NCBI GenBank assembly: GCA_034780895.1
Contig: JAUZTB010000076.1
Span: 118,325,337-118,389,336, forward strand
DNA: 64,000 bases
DNA from: Rhynchobatus australiae
Taxonomy: Eukaryota
Direction: 5' to 3'
Both the position numbers and the translations under genes were made by a program. Under the pieces are notes generated by a model that saw nothing but the letters and a program-made list of their open reading frames with translations, ran no database searches and was not told the DNA's origin. This document shows, piece after piece, positions 41,701 through 53,700 of the stretch. Positions within the stretch are counted from its first letter, which is position 1; each line of letters opens with the position of its first letter.

Positions 41701-44700
41701 ACAAGGCAGTCTTTTCTATTGACATTTGTAAAATACTTTATCAATGGGTGTTACACTGTTTGATACTTTTTCAGGCCATTGAAAGTCCCCATTGAATGTA
41801 GGACCTTCTGACTTGGCACAATTGTAATTACACAGGGAAGACTGCAAATGTTCATGTTAATCAACCCTCATTGAAATTGGTCATTTCTGACATGGAAAAT
41901 TGATTAATGGACAGTTCTCAGGATCGGAACCTTTACATAATCCGGGGACTGCCTGTATTTTTAAACTGCATGCATGTTGAAGTACAACACATAGATTACC
42001 TTCAATAAACTCCAAAGTGAACAGCGGCAATCTTATATTTTCTGTGCTCTGCCCCTAAGCACATCCTTTCTCCTGTTTCTCCCAGTTGCAAACTGAGAAA
42101 CTGCCTTTGAATGACGTTAACTGGCTTAAAAAATATATAATAATGTTTTGTTATAAAATTCCAGTTATACCTTACAACTAAACTAAAATCTGATTCTTGG
42201 CTTTAAAAGGAACTGAGTGCATTGCTGGGAGTACTCCAAGATTGGTTATGTTGTTTCCAAGTGTTTAAGGTGTTATGCATATCACTAGGTCAATTTGAGA
42301 TTTTAGAACATAACAAAGCTCCCTGTAATGAAAGATGATGTTTATGTTCATGTGCGACTCCTGTAAATAGTGACAACATAACTGCCTTTTTACAATGTTT
42401 TTCATTTCATCCCAGTGCACCAGAGTGGAGATGTATCCCTGATGAAGAAAAAGAGCGCCTTTGTGACCGATCAGAGGATGGAGAGTTCTGGTAAAAAAAT
42501 AAATTCCTTCCTCTGGCTGCCTTGATTTTTATGACTAGTTTTGTGGCAAGCAGAGCAAACGGGTAGCTGGAAATCTAAAGTAAAACTGGAAATATTATAG
42601 GACTCAGTATGTCAGCTTGTGGAGATAGGTGTAAGATTAAATGATTAGATCCATGAACCTCCTGTTAGAATTGGAAGATGTTATGGTTGAGCAGGCTATA
42701 ATGAGGAATATAACAAGACAGTGCAACAATGGAAAAGATACTGACCATATACACAGAAAGGGAAGCTGCTACTGCACTGGTTTGTCTCCACATAATTAGT
42801 ATAAAAACAAGAGGTTGAGAGGTTATGTTGCAGCTTTACAACACGCTGGTTAGGCTGCACTTGCAGTACCATGTGCAGTTCTGGTTACCACACTATTGGA
42901 AGGATGTGGTTTGCACTGGAGAGAGTGCAGAGCAAATTCACCAGGATGTTGCCCGGATTGGAGGACTTTAGTTATGAGGAGAGATTGGATAGGCTGGATT
43001 TGTTTTCCTTGGAGCCAAAGAGGTTGAAGGGTGACCTGATAGAGGTATATAAAATTATGAGAGGTGTAGATAGCCAGAATCTTTTTCCTATGGTTGGGGT
43101 ATCAAAAACAAAAGGACATTAGTTTAAAGTGAGAAGGAGTTGTAAAGGGGGTTTGGGGAGAAAGTCTTTTACACAGAGAGTTTATATTTGGAGTTTGCTG
43201 CTGCTGATGGAATCGGATACAATCACCATTTTGTGGAGAGATTAAGACAGGCACTTAAAGTAGGCAAGATATAGATCTAATGTGTGTAAATTGGTTATAG
43301 AGTCGTACAGCACGGAAAAAGGTGTTTTGGACCATGTGTGTCCATGCTGCCCAAAATGTACATCCAAACTAATCCCATTCCCCAACACTTGGCCCAGGTA
43401 GGCAAAAAAAGTCAGCGTGTATGTGGTGGGCCAGAAGGCCCATTGCCGTACAATTCTATGACTCGATAACTGGGGTGGACAAATGTGTTTCAAGTTGCAG
43501 AGGAGAGAGTGGAGAGAACAGGGAATGTCTGTGATAGGGTGCAGACCAGAGTTACTTCAAAAGCTGCCAGTTGGAGACAAAGGGAAAAAATGAAACAACT
43601 TGAAAGCTACATCCACCAAGAGAAATAAAGGGCCTTACTTGATATAGCTAAATGGAATCTGAAATTCCTTCTTGTTACAACACAGGAGGAGGCTTGGTTA
43701 GCCCATCTCAGGTTCCCATGGGACCAGTTCTACTGGTCCCACTTCTTCTTATTTCTTTGCCTATTTTCTCTGAGATGTCCATTCACTCCTCTTTTGCCAC
43801 TTCCTACNNNNNNNNNNNNNNNNNNNNNNNNNNNNNNNNNNNNNNNNNNNNNNNNNNNNNNNNNNNNNNNNNNNNNNNNNNNNNNNNNNNNNNNNNNNNN
43901 NNNNNNNTGTCCATTCACTCCTCTTTTGCCACTTCCTCCATTGTGTACTTAGCAGCTGCCAGTTAACCGACCTGCACGTCTTTGGGATGTGGACGGTGGA
44001 CCCAGGGGAAGCCCATGCAGTCACAGGGAGGGTGTGCAGGCTCCACTCAGTCAGCACCTGATGTCAGCATCAAACCCATGCCCCTGGAGCTGCAAGGCAG
44101 CTGCACTAACAACTGCACTAGTGTGTTGCCTTGGCATGAAATGTCCCAATGCCAGGTCGGAGAGTGGGGTGGGGAATTAAAGTGACTGGAGACTGGAAGC
44201 TTGGGGTTGCCTTTGCAGCCTGCTCTGCAGAGTGGTCACCCAAACTGTGTTTGGTTTCTCCATTGTAGAGGAGGCTGCACCATGAGTACCAAACTGGAGG
44301 TGACAGAAATTATGGAGGGTGATCCACTGAATGTGAAAGCTGGTGGGGTGAAGGTGAGGTCGAGGTGAACCCAGTCCTTGTTCTGGCTGAGAGGGGGTGA
44401 GGGCAGAAGTGTGGCAAATAGAAACTGGGTTGATAGTCCTGCCAACAATAGTAGAGGGAACCACAGTTAAGGATAAAAGGAAGGCATCCTGAAAACACTG
44501 GTGAGAAAAACCTTGTCACTGGAGCAAAAACAACGGAGATAGACAAACTGAGAGATTGGAGTCCTGACGGATTGCAGGGTGGGAATTGGTCAGCTTGAAG
44601 AGCATCATATCGGTGGTTTATATGATTGTTGAAATTAAGAAATAAGGAACAGAATGGGGAACATGGGATTAAATCAATTGCCTATGTGGATAATAAGTAC

Positions 44701-47700
44701 AATAACAGATGGATGAAATGCCTGTCCCCATGTTGTAATTTATGTGCATCAATCCACTTTGTTTAATGCTATAACAAAGAAGTCCATTCACAAATGACTG
44801 CCACTCTTTGACAGTCTAAGGATTATTTGTCCTGAGAGGGCTTCAGTTTTTTTTGTTATTCCTCTGCAATCCAGGATGGCATTTTCCGAATTTCTAAGGA
44901 ACTTCTCTCGCGTGGAAATCTGCAATCTCACTCCCGACACACTTGCCAGTGACGATGTTCGTAAGTGGAGCATGGTTGTTCACAATGGGACCTGGAGAAC
45001 TGGATCTTCTGCAGGGGGATGCCGAAACTACCCAAGTACAGAATTGCAATTTTCTCCATCTTTGCCATTTTCTTGTAGAATCCAATGTACTCCTTGGTAA
45101 TGCTATCCTGGAGTAACACTATCACAAAGCCTTCTATTCTGCTAGTGTGTTCTTTGCTTCAAGTTAAAGATAGTTTCGTGACAAGTAAACATTCTTATTG
45201 TGTAGTTCCTGCTTCAAGACTCAGTTTATTTATGAATGTTTCTTTTGTCAGCTTTTTTAAATGACATTCTCACCAGCCACATTTTCTCATTAGTAACATA
45301 AATACTTTTATTGTATCATTACCTAGAGTCTTAGAGTCATGCAGCATGGAAGCTGGCCCTTAAGCCCAACTGGTCCATGCCGACCGAGATTCCCATTTAA
45401 GCTAGTCGCATTTGCCCACATTTGGCCCATATCCCTCTAAACCTTTCCTATCCATGTACGTGTCCAAGTACCTTTTAAATGTTGTTAATGTACCTGCCTC
45501 AACTGTTTTCACTGGCAGCTCATTCCATATACAGACCACTCTCTGGGTGAAAAAGTTTTCCCGCAGGTTCCTGTTAAATCTCTTCTTCTCTCACCGATAG
45601 TTCTATTATTTTGGTTCTCTGCATGGCCACTGCCAAGTGTAGCTGTTAACCATTTAAAATTGTTGGCTTATGCTGGTGATAAGATAGCAGATCAAGCAAA
45701 GGCACAACACACACCATGTTCATTCAGTAACATTTCTTTGTTGTTCATAGGAGTAGGATTTTGGGTTGTGGGCATTGTTGGCAAACCCACCAATTATTGC
45801 CCATCTCCTTCTGCCACCAGGACTGAGTGGTTTGCTGAGCTAGTTCAATCATAATCATACAGCATGAAAACAGGCCCTTTGGCCCCACTGTGTCTATACT
45901 ACCCATCAAATACCTGTCTATACTAATCCCAATTTCTAGCACTTAGCCCATGGTCCTCTGTGCCATAGTGTTTCAAGTGCTTATCTAAGTACTTAGTAAA
46001 TATTGTGAGAGTACCTTATCCCCTCTGGCAGTTTGTCCTGGGTTTTAACCACCAGCTAGGTGAAAGAAATCTTCAAATTCCCTTGAAATCTGCCCCTTAA
46101 TCCAGTGCCCTCTACAGACATCTCTACCAAGAGGAAAAGTTCCTCATTACCTGCCCAGTTTATGTCCCTCACAACTTTGTGCATCTTAATCAGGTCACCC
46201 CTGAGCCTCTTCTACTCCCAGGAAAACAAAACCAGGCTACCCAGTCCCTCTTCACACCTGAAATTTTCTGTCCCAGGCAACATCCTGGTGAATCTCCTCT
46301 GCAATCTCGCCAGTGCAGTCACATCCTTCTTATAGTGTGGTGACTAGAACTGCACACAATATTTCAGCTGTGACCTAACTAATGTTTTATATAGTTATAG
46401 TGTATAACTCTTGTATTTTGTGCCCTGGCACTAAGAAGTGAACTATATCGACTGATAAACAGTCACAGATAGGCCAGACTGTGGGATTAACAAATCAATC
46501 ACTGAAATGAGCTTTTTCTTCCAGATTATTTTGTNNNNNNNNNNNNNNNNNNNNNNNNNNNNNNNNNNNNNNNNNNNNNNNNNNNAGATTATTTTGTTTA
46601 ATTAAAATTCCCAGTTTGGCTCTAGTCCAGTTCTTTGGGTTGTATTCCAGTAACATAACCATCATGCTTCCATATCCTATATTACCCAAAAATTTTCATA
46701 CCAGAGTAGAAAAATGAAACTGGTCTGCATTGATCTGACCAGAATGACTTGTACATTCATCTGTTGTTGAATAGCTTAACTTATTAACGTCTATTGTTTT
46801 CCATTCACAGGAACGTTTTGGACAAATCCTCAATTTAAGATTCAACTGGATGAAGCAGATGAAGATCCTGATGATGAAGATGAATTGTGCAGTTTTCTTG
46901 TTGGGGTGATTCAGAAGAATCGTAGAAAACAAAGGAAAATGGGCGAGGACATGCATACTATAGGCTTTGCCATCTATGAGGCAAGTTTTAACATCTTGCT
47001 TGTCTGTTAATTGCTGTATAAACAAAACAGTGAAAAAAGTCCAATAAAGCAGTTTTATGGAAGTTGCACATTCAACATAAAAAAAATTACCATAGAACAA
47101 TACAGCACAATACAGGCCCTTCGGCCCACCATGTTGTGCTGCCCTTCAAACCACACCTGGGAATATCTAACCCCTTATCCCTCTGTCTTAAATTCCTCCA
47201 TGTGCCTATCCAACAACCTCTTGAACTTGNNNNNNNNNNNNNNNNNNNNNNNNNNNNNNNNNNNNNNNNNNNNNNNNNNNNNNNNNNNNNNNNNNNNNNN
47301 NNNNNNNNNNNNNNNNNNNNNNNNNNNNNCCGTCCTCTCTGTGCAGGTCCCACCTTCCCCAGAAGAGATCCCAATAATCCAAAAACCTAAGACCCTCCCT
47401 CCTGCACCAACTCCTCAGCCACGCATTTATCTGCCATCTCCTCCTACGTGGTGCCTTCACTATCACGTGGCACCGAGGCACAAAGGTATTGGTAGTGTTG
47501 ATACTGAAAAATTTAATTTCAAAGAGTATCTTGCCATAAGATCAGCCATGATCTTATTAAATAGTAGAGCAGGCTCAAGCTGCCGGGTGCTTAATTCTGC
47601 ATTTGATCTGTATGTTTGTAAATCATGTGGTGAAGTACTGTATTCAAAAGATTTTCAGTCTGAATTTTGATGTTGAATTAGATCTATCACTTCACTGGTC

Positions 47701-50700
47701 TGTACCTGATTGCTATATCACCCTGCCTCCACCATTTAAAGAAGTGTGCTTTCTCTAATTTCATTGGCTCCTTTGGTTCAGTGATGCAGCATGAACGGTC
47801 TGGGATCTGTTGTTGTCGCTGTACTTAAAAACATGACTAGGACATAATTCAGCACAGCTGGTCAGCTGTGTTTGGTACTCATCACTCCAGAATGAGGTTT
47901 AGAGTTGTATAGTTATACTGCACTGAAACAGGCCTGCACTGGTCGATTTGTACTAACCCCATTTCCCAACTTCCTGGCACTTGGCTCATAGCCACCTCTG
48001 CCATTGTCTTTTGAGTGTTCATCAAAATACTACTTGAATGTTGTGAGAGTACCTCCCTCCACCACCCTCTTAGGGTGGTTTAACTCTACGATCTTCTAAC
48101 TTGAGTGAAGGATCTTCCAATAAATCATTGCTAACAAGGCAATAAGTTATCTTTGGCAGTAACATACTGGTGTGGTATTGGTAATACAAAAGTCTTGATT
48201 ATATCTGTTGTGGAAAATTGTGACATTAACAAACCCAATCATCTCTGAACAAAGCTTCTAAGTGCATTTAAAATTCTAAAAGCTACCAGAGCGAGTACGT
48301 AGGATTCTCTGATCAGCTGTAATGTCAGTGTCAGCAGCACATGCTGGAGATGTAGGGAAGGTGGAATGTTTTTGAGCTTTGATTATTTTGGGTATGGAAC
48401 AAACATGCAGGGCTGTTCTGTCAAGCTATGAAATGACCTAAAAAAAAAGTCATACAATTTTGACTTGAGACAATTTTGTACATGGAGGTTGAAGCTCCTG
48501 TGTACAAAAAAAAAGAGCAACTTCTGGGGACAGGAGGTCACAGATAATTCCATTTGCTCTTAGTGTAAGTGTGTTTGCATCATTTGGTGCTGATATTTTA
48601 CCAGTGTAAAATAACATCTCAGTTTGCAGACCTGTCTTGATATCAGAAAGCTGCCTCTATGGATTTTGTTAGTACTATACTTGAAAACGTGACTTTAGTT
48701 ATGCTCAAATTATACAGTTCATGCAGTTTTCGTTAGCCGCCTTGTAACATGAGCCTAAAAGCTTTCACTTTCTTTTTATTTTGTAGGTTCCTGATGAGGT
48801 ACGTTGGATTATAATCCAGATATACACATTTAATCAGATTTTTACATGCAGGCAGTATCAAGCCAGTTTCCAAAAACTCATTGAATATTACATAATTGAT
48901 CTTCAAACTGGTCCTGAGAGGGCTATCGAACAAATGGCAAGTGTTCTTTCAACTATTATTATGTCTCGTATTACACATGATACTCTGGATGGAGGATCAG
49001 GTAAGTGGCCTTCTTCCAGTAACTCTCCTTGTGTCACTGGCCAGATGGTGCATGAGGAGGGATTTGATGGAAAGATTCTAGTTAGGTGGGTGAAGTAAAG
49101 ATAAGGGGTATTGTGTTATGAGGGGTATGGGAACTTGCAACTTGTATCCTTTGAAGGGCAAAGAGGAAACCAATGAGCTGGAGCTTCTGTGTTAAAGTGG
49201 CAAATGTGCATCTACCTTTATCTTTTTGTTCTAAAGTTAGGGTTAAGTATTCAGAAATCACTGGGAACTAGAACTCTGCTTTGGGCAAAATTATGCCAGT
49301 GGAATCGTGCATCAGAGAAAGTGGATGATGGACATCTGTGATACTGGCTTTTTTGCTTTGCCATCCAACATTATGTTCCACATTTCACTTTTATANNNNN
49401 NTTAATAGTATTACACACTTTGCTGTGATCTATTGAAGCTTTATTGAATTCAGAACTTGCTATGTTTCTTTAAACTGCTTTGCAGCCTCTTCCCTCTGTT
49501 AATACAATGAGTACAATTCAGAAGTATTTTGTAGATTGTAAAGTGCTTTGGGATGTCTTGATGAAATAAAGTGCTTTATAAATGCCATTTTTAAAAAAAA
49601 ATCCAGTATTCCACGATAAAAGCCCATTCCTTAGCCCATGACTTACTAAGCCAGTTTAGTACATGCATTTGAAAATCAAGTTGGGTGAAGAATGGCATTC
49701 TTTTCCATTCCTAATTAAACTTTCCAATGCTACTCGAGGGAGCTAAACAGTAAGGATGAGGATATGGGCAGTATTCTGTGCTGTTCTGTTTCTTGCTTGC
49801 TGGTAGTGCTGTCATTGTGGACAAATGTATTAATTGATGACTTGCAGATTGTTGCCCATACCTTAGATATATTTTACATGATGTGCTGAAATCGTATTTC
49901 AAAAACATAGACACATTTTTTTTTTGTTTTTATGAATTAGTATAAAGACCAAACTAATATTCAGCTGAGGAGAGATTTTTTCATGACCCATGCATCCAGT
50001 GCAAGATCAGAAACCTTCATCAACCTGAGAGAGGTCATGAACCGGCATGCTCTTCCACCTGGACAATATTTCATTGTACCATCCACTTTTGAGCCAAATA
50101 AAAATGGAGACTTTGCCATCCGTTTGTTCACGGAGAAACAAGCTGATGTACAGTAAGTAGTAAAAGCACAAGTCAAGGAATTGGAAATTAGCAGGTATTG
50201 TAATGGGTGGTAACCAATAATGGTAATTTGTCTTTAAAAGGGCAAGTTTGAGAAGTGATGCTGCCATTTTGTATTTCATTGTGATAGCTTTATCTGTCAT
50301 TCTACCAATCTTTTTAATCATGTCTTGACTTGGGATGGAATTGTTCTCAGAGCTGTTCTAAGAACATAATTACATTAATGCACACTTAGATAATTCAAAA
50401 ATATGTAGAGCAGGGTCTCTTTTTAAATGTGTAGGATAGAATTAAATAGCATGCAATGAATCCATCTGGTTCAACTTCCACCCCTTCCTTTTTCAATATG
50501 GAGTTGCACTTGATAACATACAAACCATGGATGAGGAATTTCCATTCATTGCTGAATTAGTTGATCCCTACAGGATAGTCCTTATGGTTAATCTCTGCAG
50601 CTGTAGAGTAGGCAAAGGTTGGCATAGGCTTCCTCCTTGACTAGCCTCCCACATCCTGGCTGAATACAGAATTTGTCATGCCTGAACTGCTACTAAGGTG

Positions 50701-53700
50701 AAGTAGCCTTGCAGGCAGTTTTTGACAGAACTGTTCTTGAGCGAAATGCTGGAGAGTTGCTAGTGCCTGTGGAATCAATCCCAGCATTTGTTAGTGCACA
50801 GCTTCAAAACATGAAAATGGGAGAAAGTTGGAGAGAGAAACAAAAGCCAAAACTAATTAATTGTGTTGTATTATAGTTTATTACCCATGTGCTTCTGGAC
50901 AGCCAATTGAAATGATCTTCATGTTTATTATTATTTCAGAGTGATAGATGTTCAAGTTGATGCAAAACTGGAAGATGAAGAGGTAGGTGACTAACTTTCT
51001 ATCCATTTGCTGGGAGGTTTTCAAACCATCTGCTCACTTTGCTTGTCCTTCCATGTCACAAGGGTTGTTGTTGTCACAATCCCTTGGTTCTTTCACTAGG
51101 AAGAACTGGAATGACCATGAGGACCACATGCCTGTCTTCCCCACCTGGTAGCAAATCCTTGGATTTTCAAATTCTTTAAATATTTGGTGCCTCTTTAACT
51201 GTTACTGGGTTTCCCCTATTATAGTACTGAGTACTGAAAATCCTGCCAAATATATTAAATGGGTGGCATTGATCCCTGATCAAACAGTAGTTTGTTCCAG
51301 TCTGGTTGCAGCTTGGGTAAACTCTCCAGTCCTGGCTACTGATGCATTCAACCATAAGAGTGCAAACATGAGCCAGCCATGTACCTAATCCAAAGTTCTG
51401 GGTCATGATGAACACGAGAACGTCAGTTTTCAGTCTTGAAAGTGGGGACCCAGGAGCAATTTTATAATTGTGTGTGTGTGTATATATGATGTAAAACCAA
51501 TACAAAATCTAAATAGCTTCTAAACCAAGTTACAGGAGTGGGACAAAAGACTACTTAAAAGGTAAAAGGGAATTAATAATATGGATTAGACTCCCATGAA
51601 GTAAAGGTGAAAACTCCTGAATAACTTAAGAACTAGGTGGATGGTTTTGAGGAGCTGTGGACCCTGCAGGAAGGTGATCTTTCAATGACATACTGGATGA
51701 AAAATGATGGAGCAACCAAAGATCTTTAAATTGATTCTGAGTTTTAATTATTTTAAATGAAGTTTCATTTAGTTTCTAAATATTTCAAAAGCTCACAAAC
51801 ATTTCAATGTTTTTGAAAGTTTTGGCTATGTCTGAGCGAGGTGTGGTCATCTGTGAAATAAATTTGACTCATTTTGTGGGCAGCGCTTGTTTGGGCAACC
51901 AGGGCTTCCCATGTGATGCCCTCTGGTGCAGTGAGCCCTTTGGTTGTACAGGTATTTGTACAGAATATGCTCTCAGCAGTTTTTGCCGGAAGGTGCACCA
52001 ATGGTAAATTGGTATTTCCACCCTCTCCCTCCAAAAGTATGCAAAATCTACCCCAAATAAATGTGACAGATGTTTTTCTGTTTTCAACCCCCACTCTGAG
52101 GTTTCAATGAGGATGGTCCCAAGGTTCTAGACATAAGTGGATACCCTTCTGTGGAGCATAAGCATTTTGTACATTTAACACTGTAAAATGATGCTGCACT
52201 AATGTCACATAAGTTGTTGCATTGTAAATTATAAATTCCCTGATATGCAACTCTATAAAGTAAACCTGTTAATATTCTCTCTCTGCTATATTGGCTTATA
52301 AGTGCACTTAATTATTTTCTTTTCTGGAAAAAAAATCCCACAGATCGATGAAGACGATATTACTGATCACTTCAAACATTTGTTTGGTCATTTGGCAGGG
52401 GAGGTAAGAAAAATGAATTACTACTAAAGTTATCTTTAGTGACTTCAATCCTACGCATTATTAAACATTCCATGAGTATGACCTAAAATAGCCAGAAATG
52501 TGTTTGGCAAAAACAAAAGTGGTTTTCATAATTTAGTCAAGAGGCCTTTATTGAATGGCACAGTGCACAAATATAGTGAAGATACAGAGCAGTTTCAGAC
52601 TATGCAGTTAAATAACAGCTGATCTGAGGCCCAGGAGAATAGAACCATAGAACAATACAGCACAATACAGGCCCTTCAGCCCACCGTGTTCCGCTGAATA
52701 TTTGGGATATAATGACAACACAGTGAGGTTTATAATCAAACTTTTAAATAAACACAATTTAGCTGAAAATGAAATAATTTCAATAGGTTAAACAACAGAC
52801 CACCAGGAAACTTTTCAAATATGAGACAAGGACAGTAAAATGCATTCTAATTCATAGTAAAGTGTTATTTGTACATGAGTGAGAACAGCATAGGCTATCT
52901 GGTCCTTTGAGCATTTGGTGAAATTCACGTTTTCTCCACTTTCCTGCATTATCCTTGTTTCTCTTGTTTCCCTTAATATCCAGAAATGCAGCAACTTCTG
53001 TTTGAATGAACTGATTGTCTGAGTCTCTACAGCTCCCTGGGATAGAAACTCACTGCCCTTTGGGTGGAAGAACTTCTCTTCACCTCGGTCCTAGATGGTA
53101 TATCCCTCATTCTGTGAATGTGACTCCTGGTTCTAGACTCCACAGTCAGTTGAGACTCTCAAAACCTCTTGTAGAATTGTACAGCACAGAAATGGGGCCC
53201 TTTCAGCCCAACTTGTCCATGCCAACCATGTTGTCTATCTACATTATTCTCATTTTCTCACATATGGTCCTTGTGCCTTTCCTGTCTGTCCAAATGCATT
53301 TTAAATGTTGTAATTGTATCTGCCTTTACCACCTTCTATGGCAGCTTGTTCCTGCTAACTACCATCCTCTGTGTGGAACAGCTTAACCCTCAATCCTCTT
53401 TAAATTTCTCCCCCCTCACCTTAAATCTATGCACTCTGGTTCCAGAGTCCCCTATCCTGGGTAAAAGACTGACTAAATATCCTATCTATGCCCCCCATAA
53501 TTTCTATATGGTCACCCTTCATTCCAGTGAGTATAAACCCAGCCTATGCTCGTGACTACACCCCGTAGCATGAACTTGCATTTTTTTTCATTCTATACAC
53601 TTTGAGGCAAAAGATTGATCTTGGCATTTAGATAGGGGCAGGTTTTCTGGAAATGATGTGGCAGCTGTTTGAACTTTGTTTCTCTTTCCTCTCTTAAATT

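Noticed and set aside
45036-45100. Weak exon 9 donor (A|GTACAG) with a short read-through ORF suggesting a truncated isoform
   Set aside because: Exon size and phase fit the conserved structure; no evidence of retention from sequence alone
51804-52110. Cluster of overlapping ORFs / possible intronic ncRNA
   Set aside because: No domain, no C/D or H/ACA box pair with a terminal stem, no convincing splice sites
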